A DNA stretch of 63,336 nucleotides, counting the filler, from Coriobacteriales bacterium (lineage in GTDB: Bacteria; Actinomycetota; Coriobacteriia; Coriobacteriales; UBA8131), in the NCBI GenBank assembly GCA_031263105.1. It is 6 parts of 6 records of this genome, joined end to end, with 100 filler letters (N's around TTAATTAATTAA, not from the genome) between each part and the next. Parts side by side here need not be neighbours in the genome. Positions count along the whole stretch, not along the records: positions 1 to 11,321 come from JAISGJ010000156.1; 5 more parts are not named here. One strand, given 5' to 3'. The notes under the pieces were generated by a model. It was not told the DNA's origin, made no database searches, and worked only from the letters and a program-made list of their open reading frames with translations. Positions 1 through 8,836 of this stretch are shown here, one piece after another (the stretch's first letter is position 1; the number at the start of each line of letters is the position of its first letter). Made by a program: the position numbers and the translations under genes.

Positions 1-119
1 CTGGTAAGGAGGAAAGATGTCAGAGGGAAGAGTACCGTCAGAACTAACGCGTCGAAGTTTTCTGAAAACCACTGCAGTCGTAGCCGGAACTGCTGCCTTA
101 GCGGGCGGCTATGGGTGCA
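1..119. repeat. Left copy of a perfect 119-bp inverted repeat (RBS plus 34-codon Tat leader)
   Basis: 1-119 is the exact reverse complement of 11203-11321; identity stops at position 120. Confidence 0.97.
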
Positions 120-2455
120 GGGGGATCGAGCCGGAGGCAGAAAGCCCAGCAGCCGAAACCGAGACAACGGAAGTCTACTTCCAGAGCTGCATGGGAAACT
201 GCTCGGGTTGGGGCTGCCCCTGCTATGTGCATGTGCGTGAGGGGAAGGTCCGTAACATCAAAAAGGCGAACCTGGAGAGTCCTGACGGCAGCCTTGTGCC
301 CTATCAGGAGACCTGCATGAAAGGCTATGCGAACATCGAGCGCATGTACTCGGCGACGAGAGTGCAGTACCCCTTGAAGCGTGCGGGCGAGCGGGGGGCA
401 GGGGAATGGGAGAGAATCTCTTGGGACGAGGCCGTGAGCGAGATCTGCTCCAAGTGGAAAGAGCTGCAAGCGGAGCATGGGCCGGAGGCGGTCACCTTTA
501 TGTCCGGCTCGGGGAGCGGCATGGCGACCATCTCCTATACCAATCGGCTCAAGGCCCTTATGGGCGCTGCGACCATTGCGCCTGCCTACGACAACTCGGG
601 CATGTACTCGCAATGGACGCATGCTGGTTTCCACCCCATGGTGAACGGACAGAACGAGCACCGCGACATTGCGAACGCAGAGAACGTCTTCATATGGGGC
701 GCAAACCCCACTGAGTCGCTCACCACCGACTATCATTTCATCAGCGAGGCCCAAGAAAAGGGCGCGACCTTGGTGGTCATCGACCCCATCTTCACCACCT
801 CGGCATCGAAGGCCGATGTCTACGTGCCTATCCGCCCCGGCACCGACGGCCTGCTGGCAGCGGCTATGATGCAGATGGTCATACGCGACAACAAGGTGGA
901 CAAGGCGCATCTCCAAAACGCGACCGTGGCCCCCTTCCTGGTAAAAGACGAGGACGGGCTGTACCTGCGCCTGAGTGACGTCGGCAAGGCCGAGGCGGAA
1001 AGCGAGGAAGACCGAATCCTGGTTTACGACAACGGGGAGGCCGTTGCCTTCGACGAGGCGAGCGACCCCGAGATCGAGGGGAACTTCGAGGTCGAGGGCA
1101 TGGGCGTGAAGCCGGCCTATCAGATTCTCTTGGATCGCATATATGTGTGGGACCTCGAGACCATCGCCCAATACACCGACATCCCCCTTGAGACCATAGA
1201 AGAGCTTGCCGGTATCTATACCTCCGGCCTTTCCATGATTGTTACCGGATTCGGCATCGACCACTACGCGAACGCCCAGACCGGCTACGAGGCCATGTTC
1301 GCGCTCATGGACGTGACGGGACAGGAATGCAAGCATGGGGCCGGGTGCGCCTGCGTGGATTTCAGCTCCCCCACTGCGCAGGGTCTCGTCAACACGGCAA
1401 CGGCCGGGCTGGAAGACCTGGTGCCCGGACCTACCGTGCACGCGCCGCACCTGCATCAGCTCATGGAGGAAGGAAGGCTCGGGAGCATCACCGTCGCCCC
1501 GAAGTCCGCCTACATATACATCTGCAACCCCATCGGCAATGAACCCGACCGCCTCAAATGGCTTTCCTCGTTCGCGGCGATGGACATGGTTGTTGTCTCC
1601 GATATGTTCATGTCGGAGACCGCACAGTATGCCGACTACGTGCTTCCGGTTTCCTTCATTTTCGAGCGCGACGACCTCACTGCAGGTCAGAATCCCCTTG
1701 TGAAACTGGTGGACAAGGCCGCCGAGCCGGCCTTCGAGTCGAAGGGCGACTTCGAGATCATCACCCTTTTGGGCAAGGGCATGGGCTTCGAGGGGCAGTT
1801 CACCCAAACGCTCGAAGGGTTCTTGGAGTCCTGCATAACCAACGACACGGCCGCCGAGGCCGGCATCACATGGGAGCGCCTGAAAGAGGAGCATGCCATC
1901 TGGTCGTACCCAGAGGATCCGGTGGTGATCGGGCTCACCACCCCGCCCTTCACCGCAACCGGTCGCATGGAGTTCTATCATGAGGGCATCCAGCCCATGG
2001 CCGATGTCGGCCAGGAATGGGACATGAAAAAGGAGTCCTGCTGGTTCTGGGAGCCGCCCCTTGAGGCTTGGCACGAGAATCCTCTCTTCGAGCGGTTCCC
2101 CCTTATCTTTATCAGTGAGCGCGACAAGTTCAAGACGCATACCATGTTCAACAACGCACCCATGATCCTCGAGATATCCCCCGAGCCCTACGTCAAAGTC
2201 AATCCGTCGGATGCAGGGGCGCGTGGCATCAAGGAAGGCGACACGGTGCGCCTCTACAATGACCGCGGCTTCGTCACGCTCAAGGCCGTCCTCAATCCGG
2301 GATGCCGTCCGGGCATGCTCGTTATCGACCACGGCTGGGAGCGCGATAACTTCATCGACGGCCATTATTCGGACCTGTCGTCGTGTGCCTCTTGGCCTCG
2401 CTACGAGCAGGACAATTGGTTTGACTGCCTGTGCGAGATGGAGAAGGTCCAATAG
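17..2455 (+). CDS. Mo/W-bisPGD oxidoreductase catalytic subunit, DMSO reductase family, Tat-exported
   Basis: TRRSFLK Tat motif; N-terminal Fe-S cysteines CMGNCSGWGC...CMKG; WERISWDEA; IWGANP; C-terminal molybdopterin dinucleotide-binding region; RBS AAGGAGG. Confidence 0.95.
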   Translation: MSEGRVPSELTRRSFLKTTAVVAGTAALAGGYGCRGIEPEAESPAAETETTEVYFQSCMGNCSGWGCPCYVHVREGKVRNIKKANLESPDGSLVPYQETCMKGYANIERMYSATRVQYPLKRAGERGAGEWERISWDEAVSEICSKWKELQAEHGPEAVTFMSGSGSGMATISYTNRLKALMGAATIAPAYDNSGMYSQWTHAGFHPMVNGQNEHRDIANAENVFIWGANPTESLTTDYHFISEAQEKGATLVVIDPIFTTSASKADVYVPIRPGTDGLLAAAMMQMVIRDNKVDKAHLQNATVAPFLVKDEDGLYLRLSDVGKAEAESEEDRILVYDNGEAVAFDEASDPEIEGNFEVEGMGVKPAYQILLDRIYVWDLETIAQYTDIPLETIEELAGIYTSGLSMIVTGFGIDHYANAQTGYEAMFALMDVTGQECKHGAGCACVDFSSPTAQGLVNTATAGLEDLVPGPTVHAPHLHQLMEEGRLGSITVAPKSAYIYICNPIGNEPDRLKWLSSFAAMDMVVVSDMFMSETAQYADYVLPVSFIFERDDLTAGQNPLVKLVDKAAEPAFESKGDFEIITLLGKGMGFEGQFTQTLEGFLESCITNDTAAEAGITWERLKEEHAIWSYPEDPVVIGLTTPPFTATGRMEFYHEGIQPMADVGQEWDMKKESCWFWEPPLEAWHENPLFERFPLIFISERDKFKTHTMFNNAPMILEISPEPYVKVNPSDAGARGIKEGDTVRLYNDRGFVTLKAVLNPGCRPGMLVIDHGWERDNFIDGHYSDLSSCASWPRYEQDNWFDCLCEMEKVQ

Positions 2456-2472
2456 GAGGAAAGGACTCAATC

Positions 2473-3090
2473 ATGCAATATGGAATGGTTATCGACTTAA
2501 AGAAATGCATAGGCTGCCACTCGTGTGCGACCTCATGCAAATTGGCCAACAACCTGCCGATCGGCATCTGGTGGAACAAGGTGACCACCGAAGGCGGCAC
2601 GACAATCGACACCGCCGCAGGAAGCTACCCGAACTGCACGCTTCGGCACTATCCCATAGCGTGTCAGCACTGCAAGGCACCTGCGTGCGTCGCCGTCTGT
2701 CCGGTCGATGCGACCTACAAAGACGAGGAAACCGGACTCGTGGTTCAGGATAACGAGGCCTGCATCGGCTGCAAGATATGCATGGAGGCCTGTCCCTATG
2801 ACGCGCGGGTGTTCAACGGCGACAACCCTGCCTACACGCTTGACTTCGTCGTCGGGAACGAGAAGGTCGAGCCACATCTGGAAAACGTGGTCGAGAAATG
2901 CACGATGTGCCAAGCCCTGATCGAGGAAGGCGTCGAGCCCATGTGTGTTCAGGCATGTATCGGCTACGCGCGGCACTTCGGCGACCTGGACGACCCGGCC
3001 TCTGAGGTGTCCCAGCTCATTGCAGCCCGTGAGAACCTGCAACTTCTTGCGGAACAGGGCACCGGCCCGTCAGTCTACTACCTGAAGTGA
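2473..3090 (+). CDS. 4Fe-4S dicluster electron-transfer subunit (DmsB/NrfC-like)
   Basis: CIGCHSC, CQHCKAPACVAVCP, CIGCKICMEACP, KCTMC motifs; ATG at 2473 after AGGAGG. Confidence 0.95.
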   Translation: MQYGMVIDLKKCIGCHSCATSCKLANNLPIGIWWNKVTTEGGTTIDTAAGSYPNCTLRHYPIACQHCKAPACVAVCPVDATYKDEETGLVVQDNEACIGCKICMEACPYDARVFNGDNPAYTLDFVVGNEKVEPHLENVVEKCTMCQALIEEGVEPMCVQACIGYARHFGDLDDPASEVSQLIAARENLQLLAEQGTGPSVYYLK

Positions 3091-3133
3091 CTTTCTGAGC
3101 CTTGTGCCCACAAATAGGTTTGGGAAGGCTGCA

Positions 3134-3275
3134 CCACTGTCATTCCGAGCCTGCCGAGGAATCTTCGACCGCGCAAGCGGTCGACCGCAGGTCGAAGGGC
3201 CCCCTGACCTGCCGTTGGACACTGCGTGTCCAAAGATTCCCCGGCTTCGCTTCGCTGCGCTCGGAATGACAGTGG
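3134..3275. mobile_element. Palindromic miniature element (MITE/REP-like), copy 1
   Basis: CCACTGTCATTCCGAGC...GCTCGGAATGACAGTGG arms enclosing three internal hairpins. Confidence 0.85.
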
Positions 3276-3340
3276 AGGTTGGAGTGCAGGGTTGAAGCGA
3301 GCGACACTCCGAGCGCCTGCCTCCGAATGCTGCTAAGATA

Positions 3341-3385
3341 TTGACGTGAGGATTCTTTTGTCATATATTCATGTGACATTATGAC
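3341..3385 (+). promoter_or_regulatory. Putative sigma-70 promoter with overlapping TGTCA/TGACA motifs
   Basis: TTGACG(3341)-17 nt-TATATT(3364); TGTCA followed by two TGACA around the -10. Confidence 0.5.
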
Positions 3386-3433
3386 ACAGTGCTTTTTCGG
3401 GCTGCTCATCGAAGCGCGGTAAGGAGACTCGGT

Positions 3434-4138
3434 ATGCGACTGGCTGCTGGCGTTATCATAGCGATACTGATCGTTGCTGTCACAGGGCGCTTCATGAGGA
3501 AGGCGGCACCTGTCTTCTATCTGCTCGCCTTTGCTCTCGGTGTCTTCTTCATCTGCGGCACTTCGCTTGCGCTGCCCCCTTGGTTCAGAGAATATATCCT
3601 GTTCATCTTCCAGAGCAACAACCTCGCCATGGGTTTCTTCGCCATCGTCATGTTCGCCGGGGCTCTAGGAGAAAAGTCGTCACTGCGGAAGTTCCTGATG
3701 CCGATCCGTGCGGAGCTCTCCATCACCGCATCGATACTCTGCCTCGGCCATGTGGTCGTTTACGGACGTTCCTATCTTGCCCAGATCACGGGCTCCGCCC
3801 TCGCCATGCCCGGCGCGAGGCTGGTCGCCACCGTGGTGGCCTTCCTGCTTCTGGTGCTTTTGATCCCCTTGGCGCTGACATCGGTGCGGGCCGTCAAGGC
3901 ACGGATGAGACCGCAGACCTGGAAGAGCGTCCAGAAGCTCGCCTATGTGTTCTTCCTGCTCATATTCGTTCACATCTTCTTCTACCTCCTGCCGCCCGCG
4001 CTCGCAGGAAGCCTCGGCGCCGCAGTGAGCTTGGCGCTCTACAGTGCGCTTTTCCTTGTCTATCTGGTCCTTCGCATCCGCTTGGCCGCGCAGCACAGCG
4101 AGAGCTCCTTGACGGATACGGTCCAAGGAAGCGCCTGA
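3434..4138 (+). CDS. Ferric reductase-like (MsrQ/YedZ-type) heme-b membrane protein
   Basis: About six hydrophobic helices; PIRAELSI, LGHVVVY, PLALTS, WKSVQKLAY..LIFVH motifs; RBS AAGGAG at 3421. Confidence 0.8.
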   Translation: MRLAAGVIIAILIVAVTGRFMRKAAPVFYLLAFALGVFFICGTSLALPPWFREYILFIFQSNNLAMGFFAIVMFAGALGEKSSLRKFLMPIRAELSITASILCLGHVVVYGRSYLAQITGSALAMPGARLVATVVAFLLLVLLIPLALTSVRAVKARMRPQTWKSVQKLAYVFFLLIFVHIFFYLLPPALAGSLGAAVSLALYSALFLVYLVLRIRLAAQHSESSLTDTVQGSA

Positions 4139-4150
4139 GAGGTGCCCTGC

Positions 4151-4401
4151 GTTACACGTCACACCCCCACTGTCCGAACCCCACTGCCACCCCGAACCCC
4201 ACTGTCCGAGCCCCACTGTCCGAGCCCCACTGTCCGAGCCCCACTGTCCGAGTCCCACTGTCATTCCGAGCCTGTCGAGGAATCCTCGACCGCGCCAGCG
4301 GTCGACCGCAGGTCGAAGGGCCCTTCGACCTACCGTTGGACACTGCGTGTCCAAGGATTCCTCGGCGGGGCTCGGAATGACAGTGGGGTGTGACGTGTAA
4401 C
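4151..4401. mobile_element. Palindromic miniature element copy 2, complete, with 8-bp TSD
   Basis: Ends GTTACACGTCACACCCC / GGGGTGTGACGTGTAAC; TGCCCTGC at 4143-4150 and 4402-4409; tandem 14-bp CCCCACTGTCCGAG units in the left arm. Confidence 0.92.
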
Positions 4402-4466
4402 TGCCCTGCCCTTGCGGGTGTCGCGAGAGTGCCCGGTACTTGCTCTTCACAAGCTTGTCGTTTAGA

Positions 4467-4506
4467 ATATGGACTTACGAGTTAGTAACTTATGAGTCCA
4501 TATAAT
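4467..4506 (+). promoter_or_regulatory. Imperfect 37-bp palindrome overlapping a TATAAT -10 box
   Basis: ATATGGACTTACGAGTTA-G-TAACTTATGAGTCCATAT (15/18 complementary); TATAAT at 4501. Confidence 0.55.
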
Positions 4507-4521
4507 GGCAGGAGGATCCGG

Positions 4522-5958
4522 GTGTTCGTAGGAAGACAAAAGGAGATGGCTGCCCTCGGACGTCTCTACGCACGCGAGGACTTTCAGTTCGTCGTGATGT
4601 ATGGGCGCCGCCGGGTCGGCAAGACCACGCTTCTCAACGAATTCGTGAAAGACAAGCCCGCGTTGTTCTTCTCGGCACCTCAGCACGACGACGCAGGAGC
4701 GCTGCGTGTCTTTTCGGAGAGGCTGCACTCGTTCCTCGGACAGGGCGGCCTCTCTCCCTTTGCCACTTGGGCCGCTGCCTTCGAGCAATTGGCCAAGGCG
4801 GCGGAGGACAGGCGGTTCGTGCTGATAATCGACGAGTTCCCCTATCTGGCAAACGCCAACAGGTCGATACCCTCCCTACTGCAGAACGCCATCGACCGAC
4901 GCCTGAAAGACGGCAGGCTCTTCCTGGTGCTCTGTGGGTCGAGTCTGGGGTTCATGGAGCGTGGTGTGCTCAGCGCCAAAAGCCCTCTCTACGGTCGAGC
5001 GACGGCTCAGTTGCGCATCACGCCCTTTGACTTCGCGACGGCGGCAGACTTCTACCCGCAGTACCGCTTCGAGAGCAAGATGACGGCCTTCGGTGTGCTG
5101 GGCGGCATCCCTAAGTACCTCGAGACCTTCGTCGATACCGAACCCGTTGAGAACAACATCGTAGACCACATCCTGAACGACAGATCGTTGCTCTACGAGG
5201 AACCGATGAACTTCCTGCGCGAGGAGCTCCGTGAGCCGGCGACCTACAACGCCATCATCGAGGCGATAGCCGGCGGGGCGTCCAAGCTCAACGAGATAGC
5301 GACAAAGGCTGGCCTGCCTACGGACAAATGCGCCAAGTACCTGCGGACGCTCATCTCGCTCCATGTCGTCCAGCGGGAGATGCCGGTCATAGGACAGAAC
5401 AGGAAGAACGGCATCTACCGCATCTGTGATAACTTCTTCACCTTCTGGTACCGTTATGTCTTCGAGAATGCCGACATGGTCGAGCGCGGCGACGGCCAAG
5501 GCCTCTATGACCTGTTTGTGCGTCCGGATCTCGACAACTACATAGGCGCCACGGTGTTTGAAGGCATCTGTCAAGAGTATCTTTGGGGGCTCAACGCCCG
5601 TCGCAAGCTGCCCTTCGTCTTCTCAAGGGCGGGACGCTGGTGGGGCAACGACCCTCGGAGGCGAGAGCAGTCAGAGATCGATATAATCGCCTTCCACAAG
5701 CGACAGGCCTTGTTCTGTGAATGCAAGTGGAGAACGGAGAAGCTGGGGCTTGACGTGCTGGAGACGCTGCGGGAGCGAGCAGGCCTGTTTCCCGATTTTT
5801 CCGAGAAACACCTCTATCTGTTCTCTCGCTCCGGCTTCACCAAAGGGCTCAGAGATCACGTGTCGCAACTCGACAGCGCCGAGGTGACCTTGGTCGGACT
5901 TGAGGACCTGGAGAATGTGCTACTGGATACCGACGAGGGCAGCCAGCGTTCGACATAG
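4522..5958 (+). CDS. Archaeal-type P-loop ATPase with wHTH and C-terminal PD-(D/E)XK-like (DUF234) domain
   Basis: FVGRQKE start; Walker A GRRRVGKT; Walker B LIIDEFP; EIDIIA...CECKW; GTG start after AGGAGG. Confidence 0.88.
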   Translation: MFVGRQKEMAALGRLYAREDFQFVVMYGRRRVGKTTLLNEFVKDKPALFFSAPQHDDAGALRVFSERLHSFLGQGGLSPFATWAAAFEQLAKAAEDRRFVLIIDEFPYLANANRSIPSLLQNAIDRRLKDGRLFLVLCGSSLGFMERGVLSAKSPLYGRATAQLRITPFDFATAADFYPQYRFESKMTAFGVLGGIPKYLETFVDTEPVENNIVDHILNDRSLLYEEPMNFLREELREPATYNAIIEAIAGGASKLNEIATKAGLPTDKCAKYLRTLISLHVVQREMPVIGQNRKNGIYRICDNFFTFWYRYVFENADMVERGDGQGLYDLFVRPDLDNYIGATVFEGICQEYLWGLNARRKLPFVFSRAGRWWGNDPRRREQSEIDIIAFHKRQALFCECKWRTEKLGLDVLETLRERAGLFPDFSEKHLYLFSRSGFTKGLRDHVSQLDSAEVTLVGLEDLENVLLDTDEGSQRST

Positions 5959-6091
5959 GTGATGGGCGTCACCTCGGTCACCTCAAGCCGTCAGCTTTGA
6001 GATGGGGGCGACAAAGATGCCTTCACTGACACGCCAGGCAAAAGCCCATGGTGCCGACTCACACAAGCCGCCGCGTTTCTTGGCAGCATGT

Positions 6092-6544
6092 TCAACACGT
6101 GTGCGACGAATCGACAGAGGATTTGCGGCGGGCGAACATCGACCTTATCCATCTCCAGTGAACAACGACATGCACCAGCAGGAGCGCCAGCAGCACCTTG
6201 GCGCTGATCGAGTGCACGGGGTTCCAGAAGAAGTATCCCGGAGCGACCAGCCCGAGAAGCGGCAGAATGTGGCGTGAGACCATCAATCCTGATACCGTGA
6301 CGACCATAAACACCACCAAGGTGACCGCATCGAGCACCAGGTTCGCCGCCGATGCCCTGTCGGCGTGGCGGCGAACCGTGTTGCTGATCCCCTCGTAGTG
6401 CGCGGCACAGTGCACGACAAAGACGACAACGACGCCGAGGCCGAGCCATTCGTGGAGTGCCAGGCCGGTGACGGCAGGGTTTGCCGCGACGACATAGACG
6501 GCTGCTGCAACGAGGTCTATGACGAAGGTATGGCTGGGCCTCAT
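6092..6544 (-). CDS. Small membrane protein, DUF4405/cytochrome b-like
   Basis: Four hydrophobic helices with His residues (LHEWLG, VVHCAAH, PVHSIS, LVHVVVHW). Confidence 0.7.
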   Translation of the reverse strand: MRPSHTFVIDLVAAAVYVVAANPAVTGLALHEWLGLGVVVVFVVHCAAHYEGISNTVRRHADRASAANLVLDAVTLVVFMVVTVSGLMVSRHILPLLGLVAPGYFFWNPVHSISAKVLLALLLVHVVVHWRWIRSMFARRKSSVDSSHTC

Positions 6545-6547
6545 ATG

Positions 6548-6916
6548 CTAGAGCTTCCTCACCATGGCAACCAGGACAAGCACGAGCACGACCGGTGCCA
6601 GTATCCACAGGTTCATACTGGCATCGGACGGCTTGGAGCGTGTTGTCTCTATGCGGCTCCATGCGTGACAGTCGGTCTCGGAGCAGCCTTTGACTCTGGG
6701 GCATTCCATCGTTAACGTGCCGTTGGGCACCGGCGCAGGCCCGGCCGCATGGCAGGAGGCGTCGGGTTGGGTGCAGCCGGCCACCGGGCAGGGCGTCTCT
6801 GCGCGTATCGTCTGCGGCAGCGCAACGGTCTCCTTGTCGCTTGCCCACCCCGCCAGGAAGGTCAGGATGCCGAGAAGCACGAACAGGACGAACGTGACCA
6901 GCAGCTTCTTCGGCAT
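6548..6916 (-). CDS. Small Cys-rich protein with N- and C-terminal TM helices
   Basis: MPKKLLVTFVLF start; two CP-x2/3-GC-x4/6-CH repeats; operonic spacing with neighbours. Confidence 0.7.
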   Translation of the reverse strand: MPKKLLVTFVLFVLLGILTFLAGWASDKETVALPQTIRAETPCPVAGCTQPDASCHAAGPAPVPNGTLTMECPRVKGCSETDCHAWSRIETTRSKPSDASMNLWILAPVVLVLVLVAMVRKL

Positions 6917-6930
6917 CCTTGGCGCCTCAA

Positions 6931-8190
6931 TTATGACGCAGATACAGGGGGCGGAGAGACGCCCTGTCGTCGTCCTTCCGTCTGCCCCAACGGCAGGAGC
7001 CTCAAACCCAGAAGCAGCAGGAGCGCCCCCAGTCCGAACACGCCTGCGGCCACGCCGAGCTCCAGCGGCGAAGGGATGTAGACAAGGGCCGGGCCGACCG
7101 AGGCGAGGGCGGCGCCAGCATCCGTGAGCGGAGGCCCGCTCGTGACGGTGGGGTAGGCGATGTTGGGTGTCTGGAAGCCCCCGACAAGCAGCTGGACGCG
7201 CTTGCAGAGGATGGCGAGGACAGAAAGCGCGGCGGCGGCGGCGATGAGCGGTGCGGTGCGGAGGCGAGGAGTGAAGGCCACGAGCATCGCAAAGACGCCC
7301 GCCAGCACCTCGCACCAGAAGAAGGGCGCGAGAGGACCGGACGTGAGCAGCGCCACGATGCTGGCGCCCTCAGCGCCGGGGAAGCCCGAGGTGAGGAGGT
7401 CGCAGCCGAAGAAGTACAGATCGACGGCCGTGAACACGCCGAGGAGTCTGGCCATCTTCGTGATATCCGCTTGCTCGAGCGCGAGGCGCCCTGCCTTCCT
7501 GAGCGCCAATGCCATGAGAAGCACCAGCGCCAGACCCGACACCAAGGCCGAGGACACGAACCACGGGCCGAGAAGCGCCGTGTGCCAAAGCTCGTGAGCC
7601 TGCAAAAGCCCGAATATCCAAGCGGTGACGGTGTGCACCATGACGGCGCAGACGAGCGCCACGGCGGAGAGCGCACGCAACGCCTTCTGCGACACCCTCC
7701 CGGCCTCGGCGCGGATCGTCGCCCACAGATAGACGACCGAGACGACGAGGTAGGACGTCAGCACGATGATGTCCCACATCAGAGGCGAGGTCATGTTGGC
7801 GTATGCCGCCAGTTCCCAGAGACGCAGCGGCCCGCCCAGATCCACCACCACGAAGGCGACGGCGAGCACCGTGCAGCAGATGGAGCACCATATGGCCACC
7901 TTGGATATGCCCCCGAAGCCCTTGATGCCGAAGACCTTGGGAACAGACGATATGATGAGCCCGCCCGCCGACAGTCCCACGAACAGCATGAAGAGGATGA
8001 TGTATATCCCCCAACTGTCGAGGTTCCTCATGTTGGTGTTGACGAGGCCGGACGTGGACTGGAACACCCAAAGACCGATGCCTGCCACCGTGACGGCAGC
8101 GCACACCACGATGGCGACGAGCTGTGCCCTCGATCGGGAAGCGGCCGTCACGGCCGCTCCTTCGGCTGCCGTTGCTCTCTTCTCACTCAT
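6931..8190 (-). CDS. NrfD/PsrC-family membrane anchor
   Basis: WGIYIILFMLFVGLSAGG, DLGGPLR, SPLMWD, VHTVTAWIF; multiple TM helices. Confidence 0.92.
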   Translation of the reverse strand: MSEKRATAAEGAAVTAASRSRAQLVAIVVCAAVTVAGIGLWVFQSTSGLVNTNMRNLDSWGIYIILFMLFVGLSAGGLIISSVPKVFGIKGFGGISKVAIWCSICCTVLAVAFVVVDLGGPLRLWELAAYANMTSPLMWDIIVLTSYLVVSVVYLWATIRAEAGRVSQKALRALSAVALVCAVMVHTVTAWIFGLLQAHELWHTALLGPWFVSSALVSGLALVLLMALALRKAGRLALEQADITKMARLLGVFTAVDLYFFGCDLLTSGFPGAEGASIVALLTSGPLAPFFWCEVLAGVFAMLVAFTPRLRTAPLIAAAAALSVLAILCKRVQLLVGGFQTPNIAYPTVTSGPPLTDAGAALASVGPALVYIPSPLELGVAAGVFGLGALLLLLGLRLLPLGQTEGRRQGVSPPPVSAS

Positions 8191-8204
8191 GGTCGTTTCC
8201 TCCC

Positions 8205-8828
8205 TTACACCAAGTAGTAGACGGACGGCCCCGTGCCCATCTCGGGCAGGAGCTGCTTATGTTCACGCCTTGCGACCAGCTGCGACACCTCGGAGCCGGG
8301 GTCGTCAAGGTCACCGAAGAAGCGGGCGCGCCCCACGCAGGCCTCGACGCACTTGGGCATCTCGCCCTTTGCGATAAGGTTCGCGCACATCGTGCATTTC
8401 TCGACGGTGTGCTTCTGGTGCGGCAGCGCGTCAGGGTCGCCGACCGCGAAGTCGAGGTGGTACGTGGGCTCCTCCCAGTTGAAGCTCCTCACCCCCGTGT
8501 AGGGGCACGCGGCGATGCACATGCGGCAGCCGATGCACTTGTCGTAGTCCTGATAGACGATGCCGTCCTCTTCGCGCTTATAGGTTGCCTCCACGGGACA
8601 GACCTTGGTGCAGGCGGGGTTCTCGCAATGCTGACAGGCGAGGGGCGTGTGCTGCATGCCGAGGTTGTTCGGGTACAGGCCACCCGCCGTGTCGATGGCC
8701 TCGCCTCCGACGGTCATGACCCGGTTCCACCAGTTGCCGGCCGGCAGGTTGTTCGAGAGCCTGCAGGACGTCGCGCAGGCGTGGCAGCCAAGGCAGCGCT
8801 TGAGGTCAATTGCCATTCCGTATTGCAT
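8205..8828 (-). CDS. 4Fe-4S dicluster electron-transfer subunit (DmsB/NrfC-like)
   Basis: CLGCHAC, CQHCENPACTKVCP, CIGCRMCIAACPY, KCTMC; paralog of 2473-3090. Confidence 0.95.
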   Translation of the reverse strand: MQYGMAIDLKRCLGCHACATSCRLSNNLPAGNWWNRVMTVGGEAIDTAGGLYPNNLGMQHTPLACQHCENPACTKVCPVEATYKREEDGIVYQDYDKCIGCRMCIAACPYTGVRSFNWEEPTYHLDFAVGDPDALPHQKHTVEKCTMCANLIAKGEMPKCVEACVGRARFFGDLDDPGSEVSQLVARREHKQLLPEMGTGPSVYYLV

Positions 8829-8836
8829 GATTCCTC

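Noticed and set aside
98..2470. Long antisense or alternative-frame ORFs (also 18318-20459, 25863-27797, 34174-36264, 46290-49340, 52536-54935)
   Set aside because: Shadow ORFs expected from high-GC codon bias opposite well-supported genes.
3104..3409. Small ORFs over the palindromic elements (VIPS/CHSE/LGMT peptides)
   Set aside because: Translations of the repeat itself with no RBS support; counted only where fused to real genes.
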